Below, piece by piece: positions 39,054 to 48,639 of a stretch of 64,000 bases of DNA. A program made the position numbers and the translations under genes. Each line of letters starts with the position of its first letter. Positions within the stretch are counted from its first letter, which is position 1. The DNA is from Acidimicrobiia bacterium (GTDB taxonomy: Bacteria; Actinomycetota; Acidimicrobiia; Spongiisociales; ZC4RG35): assembly GCA_041746105.1 (NCBI GenBank), contig JBGTHP010000003.1, positions 160,436 to 224,435 of the forward strand, in the 5' to 3' direction. Under the pieces are notes generated by a model, which worked only from the letters and a program-made list of their open reading frames with translations, was not told the origin of the DNA and did no database searches.

Positions 39054-40148
39054 GTGGATCTGCGGTTGCCGGGTCCATATCACCCTGATCGCGTCGCGTT
39101 CCGCGAGTTTGTCGAGGCGTACCCAGATCCGTCACCGGTTGACCTGGCGCAAGCCGGGTGGGTGGCTCCGGGCTGGCCGCCGCCGTGGGGTCGCGGGGCC
39201 TCATTTGAGGAAGAGATCGCGATCTCCCTGGAGATGGCGGAACTCGGGATCGACTCCAGGGCTCACAATCCGATCGGAATCGGTTGGGCAGGTCCGACGA
39301 TCCTGGCGGCGGGCACCCCGGAGCAGAAGAATCGTTTCCTCTGGCCGCTGCTCGAAGGCAGGGAGTTCTGGTGTCAGCTCTTTTCAGAACCTTCGAGCGG
39401 ATCCGATCTGTCTTCGCTCAGTACGTCGGCGCGGCGTGATGGCGACACTTATCGAGTGTCCGGTCAGAAGACATGGAATACTTTTGCCGACATTGCCGAT
39501 TGGGGGATCCTGCTTGCTCGAACCGGCGGTCCCGGTCACGAAGGTATCAGCTACTTCCTGTGTCCGCTCGATTTGCCGGGGATCACCGTCTTTCCGGTCC
39601 GGCAGATGACCGGCGATCTCGGATTCTGTGATGTCTATTTCGATGACGTCGAAATCGCGGCTGATCTCAGGCTCGGTGCGGAGAACGACGGCTGGAGTCT
39701 CGCCCTCTTCACGTTGTCCAATGAGCGCTTCTCGCTCTCGCGCGGTGGAGTGCTGTGGGGCCAAGGGCCCCGGACTTCCGACCTCATTCACTTGGTTTCT
39801 TCAGAATCCGATCCAGGCTTGGTCGACCGCGTCGTGGGGCTGATGATGGAGGCCGAGGTCATGAGGATGCTGGCGCTCCGCGCCGGGGTCGATCGCGATC
39901 AAGGGCGCCATCCCGCTACCGCCATGGCGATCAGGAAGCACCTCGCGGACAGGCACGGGCAGGAGGTCATGAACCTCGCTCAAGATCTTCGTGGTTCTCG
40001 TTCGCTCGTCACGAGTGAGCGACGGCCAGGTCGAGATGAGTGGGACTGGGGGTTTGTCTATTCGCGGGCGCTGACCATCGGCGGTGGAACGACAGAGGTC
40101 CTGGCCGACATCATTGCAGAACAAATCCTTGGTCTGCCCCGCTCCTGA
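39054..40148 (+). CDS. acyl-CoA dehydrogenase family protein
   Basis: FWCQLFSEPSSGSDLSSL (SEPxxGSD motif). The C-terminal GGGTTEVLADIIAE is typical of ACADs. Confidence 0.8.
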   Translation: MDLRLPGPYHPDRVAFREFVEAYPDPSPVDLAQAGWVAPGWPPPWGRGASFEEEIAISLEMAELGIDSRAHNPIGIGWAGPTILAAGTPEQKNRFLWPLLEGREFWCQLFSEPSSGSDLSSLSTSARRDGDTYRVSGQKTWNTFADIADWGILLARTGGPGHEGISYFLCPLDLPGITVFPVRQMTGDLGFCDVYFDDVEIAADLRLGAENDGWSLALFTLSNERFSLSRGGVLWGQGPRTSDLIHLVSSESDPGLVDRVVGLMMEAEVMRMLALRAGVDRDQGRHPATAMAIRKHLADRHGQEVMNLAQDLRGSRSLVTSERRPGRDEWDWGFVYSRALTIGGGTTEVLADIIAEQILGLPRS

Positions 40149-40157
40149 AACCGGCCA

Positions 40158-41048
40158 TCAGTCAACCGCTTTTCGATACAGCCGAATCGACAGGGGAGCA
40201 AACACCGCCAGGATCCCAACGACCCAGATCAAGGCCAGAACCACCTGGCCGCCAACGGTAGGAGCCGCGGCCAGGGCCTGAGGAGTCACGGTGGCGCCTC
40301 CGAGCCCGTAGCTCACCTCGGCCAAGGCCTCGCGACCCAGTGTCAGGCCCCTTACTGCGTTTGCGACGACCGTGATGGGTTGGTTGTCAGCAAATGCCCT
40401 CAACCAATCGGGCATGGTCGCCGTCGGCGTGAATACCGACGAGGCGAACACCAGGGGAAACAACGGTAAAAAGCTGGCGATTTGCGCGGTTTCTGGATCC
40501 TTGACCAACAGACCCATCGAGGCCATGACCCAGGAGAAGGCAAACGCAAAGGTCAGTGCCAGGCCAAATCCTGCGAGCAGCCCGAACCAGTTCGTCCCTG
40601 GCCGAAACCCGATGATGGTGCCGACCACCAACATCAGGCCGATCACGAATGCGTTTCTGAGTAGATCGGCGATCGTGCGCCCGGCGAGGACCGCAGAACG
40701 CGCCATCGGCAGAGAACGAAATCGATCGATCACGCCGGATTTGAGATCGTCGGTCAGCCCGATCGCAGTCTGGCTCGCACCAAACGTTGCAACCTGGATG
40801 AGAAGGCCAGGAAGCAGCCAATTGATATACGTGGCATTCGCGACCGGCGGCAGGGCCAATCCGATCGAGCCACCGAACACGTAGTTGAACAGGAGAAGGA
40901 ACATCACCGGTTGGATCGTCGCAAATACGAGAAGTTGGGGAAGCCTTGTGTTCTTTTTCACGTTGCGCCTGACCAGGATCGATGCATCCTTGGCGGCCTG
41001 GGCGAGGCCAACTCTTGCGCGGGGGATGGTTGTGCCGACAGCAGTCAT
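40158..41048 (-). CDS. ABC-2 type transporter permease (DrrB-like)
   Basis: Six predicted TM segments. 4-nt overlap with the upstream ATPase gene. Confidence 0.8.
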   Translation of the reverse strand: MTAVGTTIPRARVGLAQAAKDASILVRRNVKKNTRLPQLLVFATIQPVMFLLLFNYVFGGSIGLALPPVANATYINWLLPGLLIQVATFGASQTAIGLTDDLKSGVIDRFRSLPMARSAVLAGRTIADLLRNAFVIGLMLVVGTIIGFRPGTNWFGLLAGFGLALTFAFAFSWVMASMGLLVKDPETAQIASFLPLFPLVFASSVFTPTATMPDWLRAFADNQPITVVANAVRGLTLGREALAEVSYGLGGATVTPQALAAAPTVGGQVVLALIWVVGILAVFAPLSIRLYRKAVD

Positions 41049-42042
41049 GCCGAGGTCCTTTCCGGCCGCTTGCGGCGCCCGTTCGTGGGGGCAGGTTCTG
41101 ATTCGGCCGAATGGCCGGTCAAGGCCATGAAGACGTCGTCGAGAGTGGGTTTGCGAATAGCGATGTCGTCGGCGACCACTTCGATCGAGTCGAGTACGCG
41201 CACCACTTCGGTGAGGGTCTGGACGCCACGGATCGCAGGGATTGTGAGTTCGTTTCGCTGAGCGTCGTAAGAAGGGTCGTCGCCGGCGATCGACCTTAGG
41301 GCGGAGACGACTCGATCCCTGTCGCCGGCCGAGACCTTGGTTGCCACGACCGCGCCTCCGAGGCGATCCTTGAGTTGATCCCCGGTTCCCTCGGAGATCA
41401 ATACTCCGCGGTCGATCACGGCGATTCTCTGGGCAAGGCGATCGGCTTCTTCGAGGTATTGCGTCGTGAGCAGGATGGTTGTACCGCCTTCGACGAGGTC
41501 TTCAATCAATTCCCACATGTCGACTCGGCTCCTGGGATCGATGCCGGTGGTCGGCTCGTCGTGGAACAGCACTTGGGGCCGGCCGACCATGGACGCGGCC
41601 AGATCGAGGCGTCGGCGCATGCCACCCGAATATGTACGGACCTGTCGATCGGCCGCATCTGTCAGATTTATCCGCTCCAGGAGTTCGTCCGTTCGTTTGC
41701 GGGTTTCTTGTTTCGAGAGGTTGTAGAGACGCGCCACCATCTCGACGTTCTCCCGACCCGTCAGGTGACCGTCGACGGCTGCAAACTGCCCTGCGAGACC
41801 GATCCTGGTTCGGGCGGTGACCGGGTCGGCCACGACATCCACGCCCGCCACGACGGCTCGTCCGGAATCGGGGATGAGCAGGGTGGTGAGGACACGAATC
41901 AGCGTTGTTTTACCTGCGCCGTTCGGTCCGAGGAGTCCATAGATTATGCCTTGCTCGAATTCGAGACTGATGTTGTCGAGTGCCTTGACGTGTTCCCAAA
42001 GGTCTTGCTCACCGACTCGACCGTGACAATTGGATTTGACAT
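41045..42042 (-). pseudogene. ABC transporter ATP-binding protein (DrrA-like) with an apparent 1-nt frameshift near codon 16 (true pseudogene or homopolymer sequencing error)
   Basis: ATG 42042 with an AGGTGAGGAAAG SD encodes MSNPIVTVESVSKTFG, then runs out of frame to TAA (41944-41946). The adjacent frame encodes EHVKALDNISLEFEQGIIYGLLGPNGAGKTT (Walker A) and continues through YSGGMRRRL and LFHDEPT to 41045. That frame has no ATG, GTG or TTG before GTG 41851. Confidence 0.6.
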
Positions 42043-42163
42043 GACTTTCCTCACCTAACGAATTGGATTTTCACCGGCAGAGGTTCGTCGCCCGGCTGAA
42101 ACACCCAAGATAGTTGGCCATCCAAACTATTGGTAACCCAAACCAATCGCATAGAGTGTCGTT

Positions 42164-42571
42164 ATGCCCCAACAGACCAGAGCCGATCTCGTCGACCTGA
42201 TGCATCGGGTAGGAGATCGAATGCGGCGTCGGCTGTTCGAGGTCATCGCAGATCACGGACTCAACCCGCCCATGTACTACATGCTTCGGCAAGCTCAGGA
42301 CACCGCGTCGATGCGTGAGGTCGCCGACCGAATGTGCCTCGATGCCTCGACGGTCACCGGGATCGCCGACAGGCTCGAAGCACGGTCGCTCGTCGAGCGC
42401 CGCCAATCCGATGATGACCGGCGGGTGAAAGAACTAACTCTCACCCCGATGGGCGAGTCGGTCTGCCGTCAGATCGAACAGCGTCTTTCTCTAGAGCCGA
42501 TCTTTCCGGAGTTGAGCGATGGGGACGTCTCCGACCTCGTCAGGATCCTGGGGCGATTGGCGACCGAGTGA
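42164..42571 (+). CDS. MarR-family transcriptional regulator
   Basis: 135 aa. Winged-HTH pattern ...MREVADRMCLDASTVTGIADRLEARSLVERRQSDDDRRVKELTLT. Divergent from the ABC-2 exporter. Confidence 0.85.
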   Translation: MPQQTRADLVDLMHRVGDRMRRRLFEVIADHGLNPPMYYMLRQAQDTASMREVADRMCLDASTVTGIADRLEARSLVERRQSDDDRRVKELTLTPMGESVCRQIEQRLSLEPIFPELSDGDVSDLVRILGRLATE

Positions 42572-42577
42572 ACCGCC

Positions 42578-43909
42578 TCAGCACCCTGCGGCCTGCAGCG
42601 ACGGCCAGGGGTTGAAGGTCGTTCCATCCCTCGCCATTTCGAAATGGAGGTGGGGGCTTGAACCGAGTGCGCTACCGGTGTCACCGACGTAACCGATGAC
42701 GTCTCCCGCGGCCACCCTCCCCGCCTGGCCAAAACCATCGAGGTGGCTTCCGATGTAGCGCACTCCGTCGTCCCCGGACAGCCAGACCTGGAGGCCGCCG
42801 ATTGTGCCTGTCTTGAGCTCGATCTGACCGGAAACGGGAGCCTGGACGGGTGTGCCTCGGGGCGCGAACAGGTCATTTCCGGTGTGGGTTCTGCCGTTTG
42901 ATCGAGGAAAGCCCCAGTCGTTGAAATACTTCGCGCCGCGGACCGGGCACACCCAGCCGGATCCGGCCGGCACGGTGAGAACCTGCCCAATTCGGATCAG
43001 GTCGACGTTTGTGATGCCGTTGGTGGACGCCAGCATCTGTGAACTGAGGCCGTAGCCGGCCGCGATCGCTCCAAGGGTCTCGCCCGGGTTGACGGTGTGG
43101 GTCGAGGTTCCCGAGCCCGCAACCGTTGGCGGGGCCGGCGGCGGGTTGCCGCCGATCACCAGAGTGGTGCCGACATAGATCGTCGACGTGTTCGTGATGC
43201 CGTTGGCGGCGGCGATCTCTGCCACGGTCGTGTTGTACCGCTGTGCTATCGAACCCAGCGTTTCGCCCGATGCCACCACGTGGCTTCCGGCGGGTGTCGC
43301 AGCCGGCGGCCCCGTCGGATTCGTCTGGTCGGCGAGCAAGAGATCCTGTCCGATCCGAAGGAGGTTGGGATTGTTCAACTGATTCAGGCTCGCCAATTGG
43401 CGGGCGGTGGTTCCCAGCTTCTGAGCTATCCCCGCCAGGGTGTCGCCTGCCTGCACGGTGTAGCGGCTCTGACCGACCGTGGCTGATCCGACGGAGTCCG
43501 GAATCGTCAGCTGTTGGCCGACTCGGATCAGATTGGGATTCGAGAGGTCATTCGCCGCGGCCAATTTTGCGACGGTGGTTCCGTTTTTTGCCGCAATGTC
43601 TCCGAGGGTGTCACCCTGTTGGACCGTATATCCCGCGCCCGCCGCAAGGAGGAGGGCGAGTGCGACCGCTGCCAGGCGGGCAGCCTGCTTGGGATCTTGG
43701 TTGCGGCGAAATGTTCGCCTTAAGGCCTGGCGCCAGGCATGGATCTCGGAGGCGTACAGGCGACAGATCCATCTGCTCGGATCCGAATGTGCACCCCGAC
43801 GGTGTCGTGTGCGATCCACGCCTGCTGTGCGCGAAGATTGGATTTCTGGAGCCGGCTGCGCCGGAACGTTTGTCTCTGACCTGGCTGTCGTCTGTGACCT
43901 GGCTGACAT
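42578..43909 (-). CDS. 4x LysM + M23 (LytM-type) peptidoglycan endopeptidase
   Basis: Four repeats Y.V..GDTL..IA...(G/N)TT...LA..N......I..GQ.L. M23 motifs HTGNDL and SSPHLHFEM. Confidence 0.85.
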   Translation of the reverse strand: MSARSQTTARSETNVPAQPAPEIQSSRTAGVDRTRHRRGAHSDPSRWICRLYASEIHAWRQALRRTFRRNQDPKQAARLAAVALALLLAAGAGYTVQQGDTLGDIAAKNGTTVAKLAAANDLSNPNLIRVGQQLTIPDSVGSATVGQSRYTVQAGDTLAGIAQKLGTTARQLASLNQLNNPNLLRIGQDLLLADQTNPTGPPAATPAGSHVVASGETLGSIAQRYNTTVAEIAAANGITNTSTIYVGTTLVIGGNPPPAPPTVAGSGTSTHTVNPGETLGAIAAGYGLSSQMLASTNGITNVDLIRIGQVLTVPAGSGWVCPVRGAKYFNDWGFPRSNGRTHTGNDLFAPRGTPVQAPVSGQIELKTGTIGGLQVWLSGDDGVRYIGSHLDGFGQAGRVAAGDVIGYVGDTGSALGSSPHLHFEMARDGTTFNPWPSLQAAGC

Positions 43910-43957
43910 GGTGGCACCCCTCAGAGTGCCCCTGACTCCATACCGCGTTCAACGACA

Positions 43958-45022
43958 CTAACTGCGACGTTGCCCGATTGAAAGCCTCACCGGTTCCGCA
44001 CCGTTCCTTGCCCTCAGCTGGCCGCAGGCGGCATCGATATCGCGGCCCCTCGTGTCTCTGATCGTGGCGTTGGCTCCGGCGTCGAGTAACACGCGCTCAA
44101 ACCTCTTGATGGCGGTGGCAGAAGAAGGACGGTGGTCTGTGAGGGGCGTGGGGTTCATCGCGATCAGGTTGACATGGGCCCGCAGTCGCCTTGCAATTGC
44201 AGAAAGTCTCAGGGCCTGGCCCTCGTCGTCATTGATGCCGTCGATCATCGTCCACTCGAGAGACACGCGTCGCCCTTTCTTCTCGAAGTAGTTGGCCGCG
44301 GCGGCCTCTACTTCATCGAGCGGGTACCGATCATTGATCGGGACAAGTGAAGACCGCAGCACGTCGTCGGCAGCATGGAGGCTCACTGCCAGATTCACGG
44401 GCCACGGCTCGTTTGCGAGCCGCCTCATGCCGGGAACGATTCCGACGGTGGAGACCGTTATCGAACGCGCCGACATCCCCATCACCTCGACCATGATCCT
44501 GATGGATTCGCGCACCCTGGCGTAGTTCGCCAGAGGCTCTCCCATTCCCATAAAAACGACGTTGCCGAGATTCCTGGGTACTCCCGGCATTCCCTGGATT
44601 CTGAGAAACGCCTTGGCGAACGCAACTTGAGCCACTATCTCGCCGGCGCCCAGATGGCGATCGAAACCGAATTGTCCCGTTGCACAAAACGTACATCCCA
44701 GCGCACAGCCGGCCTGGCTCGAAATGCAAAGCGTGGCCCGGCGCGGATAACCCATCAACACCGACTCGATTGCACTGCCGTCAGGTGTCCTGAACAGCCA
44801 CTTCCGCGTGGTTTCACCGTCTGCGACCTGCTCTGTCTCGACCCGGAACGGCCAGAGTCCGTTCTCGTGCTCATGACGCCAGGAAACAGGCAGGTTCGTC
44901 ATCTGCTCTACATCGAGCACCGGCGTCTGATAGAGCCAATGTCTGAGTTGATCAACGCGAAACGCGGGTTCCCCTTCGGGAAAGGCCGAAGCAAGGTCTT
45001 CGGGTGCCGTGGTGTAGAGCAC
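43958..45022 (-). CDS. rlmN: 23S rRNA/tRNA (adenine-C2)-methyltransferase, radical SAM
   Basis: CALGCTFCATG radical-SAM cluster motif, MGMGEPLAN, 354 aa. Confidence 0.9.
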   Translation of the reverse strand: MLYTTAPEDLASAFPEGEPAFRVDQLRHWLYQTPVLDVEQMTNLPVSWRHEHENGLWPFRVETEQVADGETTRKWLFRTPDGSAIESVLMGYPRRATLCISSQAGCALGCTFCATGQFGFDRHLGAGEIVAQVAFAKAFLRIQGMPGVPRNLGNVVFMGMGEPLANYARVRESIRIMVEVMGMSARSITVSTVGIVPGMRRLANEPWPVNLAVSLHAADDVLRSSLVPINDRYPLDEVEAAAANYFEKKGRRVSLEWTMIDGINDDEGQALRLSAIARRLRAHVNLIAMNPTPLTDHRPSSATAIKRFERVLLDAGANATIRDTRGRDIDAACGQLRARNGAEPVRLSIGQRRS

Positions 45023-45025
45023 CGG

Positions 45026-45343
45026 TCAGCCTCGGGTTGCGGCCTGATCGATCCAGTCTGCCGCCTTGGTCTCGGGTACTCCTGCCGCCGTGGCCACCTT
45101 CTCGGTTTGGGCTGCGGCCAGATCCGAGAAGCTGCGAATCCCGTTTTGGGCGAGCCTGGCGGCGAATACAGGGCCGATACCGGTGATTTCGGTGAGATCG
45201 TTCGAAGTCGCCGGCTGTGCAACTCGAAATGTGGGAGGGGTTGGCTCTTTGGGGGCGGCGATCGTGATCAGCCGATCCCTCATCGCCCAACCGACCGCGG
45301 CGAGACCGCCGAGGAATCCAAGGAGTTTTGCCAGTCGTTTCAT
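45026..45343 (-). CDS. small membrane-anchored helix-hairpin-helix protein
   Basis: N-terminal TM LLGFLGGLAAVGWA. HhH-like LTEITGIGPVFAARLAQNGIRSFSDLA. Sits 3 nt upstream of rlmN. Confidence 0.55.
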   Translation of the reverse strand: MKRLAKLLGFLGGLAAVGWAMRDRLITIAAPKEPTPPTFRVAQPATSNDLTEITGIGPVFAARLAQNGIRSFSDLAAAQTEKVATAAGVPETKAADWIDQAATRG

Positions 45344-45402
45344 GCTCGGATGTTAGCTCCGTCTCTCTGGCCGGAGCCGTCCCTGTCACTAGGCTCCCGC
45401 CG

Positions 45403-46422
45403 ATGGAGGTCGACTACACATTCCCAGCGGGACCTGCGTTGGAGGCGGTGCCGGCTGCCCGAGGCGCGGTCCAAATGGGCTTCGACGGGTTCTTCACGGC
45501 CGAAACCAGCCACGATCCTTTCCTCGGCCTCGCCCTTGCCGCGAACGAGTGTCCCGACTTGACAATCGGCACCGGTATCGCGGTAGCGTTCCCGCGCTCA
45601 CCCATGGTGGTCGCCCAGACCGCTTGGGATCTGGCTGAAATGAGCGGGGGAAAATTCATCCTCGGGCTCGGGACCCAGGTCAAGCCTCATATCGTCCGTC
45701 GCTTTTCGACGGCTTGGGACGCGCCAATCCCGCGCATGCGCGAATACGTCCACTCCCTGCGGGCAATCTGGCATGCCTTTGAGTCGGGAGATCCTCTCCG
45801 ATTCGACGGTGACCATTACCGCTTCTCGCTCATGACACCCTTTTTTGCCCCGAGACCGATGCCGCACAGTCACATTCCGGTAGGTTTGGCCGGCGTCGGA
45901 CCTGGATTGAGCCGGCTCGCCGGCGAAGTAGCCGACGCGTTTTTTGTACATCCGTTTCACACTGTCAAATATCTCGATGAGGTCGTTCTGCGAAACGTCT
46001 CTCAGGGCGCCGAGCAACATGGGCGATCGCTCGGCGACATCGCCAGAATCGTCAGCGTTTTTGTCGTCACGGGGCGCGACGAAGCCGAGATCGATGCCAT
46101 GCGCAAGGCGGTGAAAGGCCAAATCGCGTTCTACGCCTCAACCCCGAGTTATCGAGTCATCCTTGAAACCCACGGCTGGGACTTCGGTGCTGTGTTGAAT
46201 CAGATGAGCCGGAGGGGACAATGGGCCGAGATGGGATCGGTGATTCCCGACGAGGTGGTAGACGAGGTGGCCATAGTCGCTGAGCCTGACTCGATCGGAT
46301 CTGCCATTCGATCGCGATACGGTGACCGGATTCAGAGGATTGGTTTCTACAACATCATTGCCGGCGCCGGGCTCAACTCGACCGAGCTGGCGTCGGCGAT
46401 TGCCGATCTCAAGGCCTTTTGA
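45403..46422 (+). CDS. LLM-class (luciferase-like) F420-dependent oxidoreductase
   Basis: GFDGFFTAETSHDPFL, FILGLGTQVKPHIVRRF and YASTPSYR patterns are typical of the TIGR03617-like LLM family. ATG 45403 is preferred to the longest ORF start at 45328. Confidence 0.7.
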   Translation: MEVDYTFPAGPALEAVPAARGAVQMGFDGFFTAETSHDPFLGLALAANECPDLTIGTGIAVAFPRSPMVVAQTAWDLAEMSGGKFILGLGTQVKPHIVRRFSTAWDAPIPRMREYVHSLRAIWHAFESGDPLRFDGDHYRFSLMTPFFAPRPMPHSHIPVGLAGVGPGLSRLAGEVADAFFVHPFHTVKYLDEVVLRNVSQGAEQHGRSLGDIARIVSVFVVTGRDEAEIDAMRKAVKGQIAFYASTPSYRVILETHGWDFGAVLNQMSRRGQWAEMGSVIPDEVVDEVAIVAEPDSIGSAIRSRYGDRIQRIGFYNIIAGAGLNSTELASAIADLKAF

Positions 46423-47980
46423 CCAGCGCAGCCGCCGCTGCGGTGTCGACCCTGGGATCGGCGATTCCATGCCAACCTTCCGGTGTCGAGCGAATCACCG
46501 CCACCGGACCCCATCCCCCCTCGTAAGCGTTCCGTTGCCTGACTTGGTGGCCCCTCTTCCGGAGTTCGGCGACCACATCGAGATCGAATCGAGATTCGAC
46601 CTCGATCTTGGAGGCTCTTCCTGATTGCCAGTCTTCTGTAGTCCACCTCGGCATGTCCATCGCCTGAGCGGGCGCAAGGTTCGCATGAAATATCAGGGCG
46701 GCCATCTGGGCGATCAGCTGAGGCTGCTGATGACCCCCACGCGTCCCGATGATCGCATCGAATCGACCGTCTCTGGTCCACATGCTGGGCGACAGCGTAT
46801 GGAGTGGTCGCCTTCCGGATTTGAGCTCGTTGGGATGGCCGGGCCGCAAGTCGAAGCCGGCACCACGGTTGTGGAGGAAAAACCCGGCTGCGGCCAGTCC
46901 AGACCCGATCCCGGAGAAGTTTGACTGGATGAGAGCGATCGCACGACCCTCGCCATCGGCGGCACACAGAAAGGCGGTACCCCCTGGAACCGGTCGGACG
47001 GCGTTGTGGGGCAGAGCCACCGTCCGATCGATCTTGTCTGCCAACCCCGAGAACGTACCTCGGTTGAAATGGTTACCCCACTCCCGGGGAAGCGTGTCCC
47101 GGTCGGACAGGACCTCGTCGCGGCTTGCGGCGTTGATTCGGTAGGCCTCGATCAAGAGGTGGGTGAAGTCGGGATCCAGTGGATCCTCCGGCGGGTCGAG
47201 TGATTCAAAAACGGCGAGTGTCGCCAGGCTCAGATAGCCCTGGCTCGATGGTGGAACCGTCCATCCCGTTCTACCCAGGACATGTAGAGCGAGTGGATCG
47301 ACCCACTCCGGGGTCCAATTCCTGAGGTCGTCGGCGCTCAGGCAACCGCCGGTCGCCGTCGAGATCGCCTCGGCGATGGGACCTTCATAGAACCCACGCC
47401 ACCCATGGATTCTGACATGGTCGAGGCTGGATTTGAGGGCGGGGCGGGTAACCAAATCACCCGACGCCGGAGGCACTCCTCCGACGAACATTTCATCTCC
47501 GTGGGTTTGGGCAAGCAGTTGATCCGACCGGGCTGACAGAGCACGTGCCAACTCGGTGGAGGCGGGAAAGCCGTTGCCGGCGAGATCCGAGGCAGACGTG
47601 AGGAGTTGTGCCAACGGCAACGTGCCGAACCTTTCGACCAATGCCTGCCATCCAGCCACACAGCCCGGCACAGTTACTGTGAACGGGTGATGAATCGGGA
47701 TCCGAACGAGTCCCTCATCTCGCAGCCGGGATGCGTCGGCCCCGGATCCTGCAACGCCCGATGCGTCGAGGCACCTCACCTGCTTGCCGTCCCATATCAG
47801 TGCAAACAGGTCTCCGCCAATACCGCACGTCTCGGGGGCCACCGTTGCGAGGGCGGCGTTCGCAGCCACTGCCGCATCTATGGCGTTGCCGCCTTGGTCC
47901 AGGATGTCCAGACCGGTTTTGGTCGCGATGTGGTGCGGTGTGACCACCGCCCCCATCTTGCCGAACGCCTCCAGACTCAC
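46409..47980 (-). CDS. ggt: gamma-glutamyltransferase family protein (Ntn hydrolase)
   Basis: GGNAIDAAVAANAALATVAPETCGIGGDLFAL. The autoprocessing site context is PLHTLSPSM. Confidence 0.8.
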   Translation of the reverse strand: MSLEAFGKMGAVVTPHHIATKTGLDILDQGGNAIDAAVAANAALATVAPETCGIGGDLFALIWDGKQVRCLDASGVAGSGADASRLRDEGLVRIPIHHPFTVTVPGCVAGWQALVERFGTLPLAQLLTSASDLAGNGFPASTELARALSARSDQLLAQTHGDEMFVGGVPPASGDLVTRPALKSSLDHVRIHGWRGFYEGPIAEAISTATGGCLSADDLRNWTPEWVDPLALHVLGRTGWTVPPSSQGYLSLATLAVFESLDPPEDPLDPDFTHLLIEAYRINAASRDEVLSDRDTLPREWGNHFNRGTFSGLADKIDRTVALPHNAVRPVPGGTAFLCAADGEGRAIALIQSNFSGIGSGLAAAGFFLHNRGAGFDLRPGHPNELKSGRRPLHTLSPSMWTRDGRFDAIIGTRGGHQQPQLIAQMAALIFHANLAPAQAMDMPRWTTEDWQSGRASKIEVESRFDLDVVAELRKRGHQVRQRNAYEGGWGPVAVIRSTPEGWHGIADPRVDTAAAAALVKRP

Positions 47981-48594
47981 CTGCGGAGCGCCGGGACCTG
48001 ACGGTTGACGGCGTCGAGTACGGCCCTGACCACCGCGCGCGCCGGGTCCCCATCCACCAGGGAAGACCCGACCAGCAGCCGCTCTCGTTGCTCAACGACG
48101 AGGACGACCTGGGCGATAGCTACATGATGCCGACCAACCATCGGTGTATCGACTGCGGCGATGGCAAAGGCTGCCTCGACTGCGAGCGCCTGCTCGAGCG
48201 CCGCGATCGTTGCTTCCGCAATCAGACGAAGTCGCGTCGATGAGGCGGCCGGGCCGACCGCAGTACCGGTGAGCCTGACATCGTGCCATTCGAGATGTGT
48301 TGTCATCTTCATCCTCGAACCGTCGATTTCTTCCTCGATGTCGGAAATCACGGCTCGGTCGCCACCGCTGAGTTCTGAGTCTCTGATCTGAACCACTGAG
48401 ACGATCCGCCGGTCCACTTCGACTCCGTGCCCAGCCAGTGCAACCGACTGGACGTCTCGGACGACTTGTTTGGCGGGCTTGCCTGGCTGGGCGAGAATGT
48501 GGACTTCGACGAGATCTTGGCCCTTCAGGACTACACGGACCGCTTCCACACCAGGGATCCGTCGAAGGCTTTCCTCGAGCGCTGTCGATTTCAT
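47977..48594 (-). CDS. hypothetical protein, translationally coupled to ggt
   Basis: 205-aa ORF whose stop overlaps the ggt start by 4 nt. No recognisable motif. The N-terminal ~65 aa has a ferredoxin-like beta-alpha-beta pattern (IPGVEAVRVVLKGQDLVEVHIL). Confidence 0.5.
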   Translation of the reverse strand: MKSTALEESLRRIPGVEAVRVVLKGQDLVEVHILAQPGKPAKQVVRDVQSVALAGHGVEVDRRIVSVVQIRDSELSGGDRAVISDIEEEIDGSRMKMTTHLEWHDVRLTGTAVGPAASSTRLRLIAEATIAALEQALAVEAAFAIAAVDTPMVGRHHVAIAQVVLVVEQRERLLVGSSLVDGDPARAVVRAVLDAVNRQVPALRR

Positions 48595-48639
48595 GCACGC
48601 AGAGTAGTCATGTGACCACGGAGAATCGCCTCTTGCCTC

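Noticed and set aside
41985-42000. Programmed -1 ribosomal frameshift as an explanation for the split ABC ATPase gene
   Set aside because: The 0-frame codons at the shift are TTT GGG AAC, which do not form an X XXY YYZ slippery heptamer. No obvious downstream stimulatory structure was seen. A mutation or a homopolymer error is more parsimonious.
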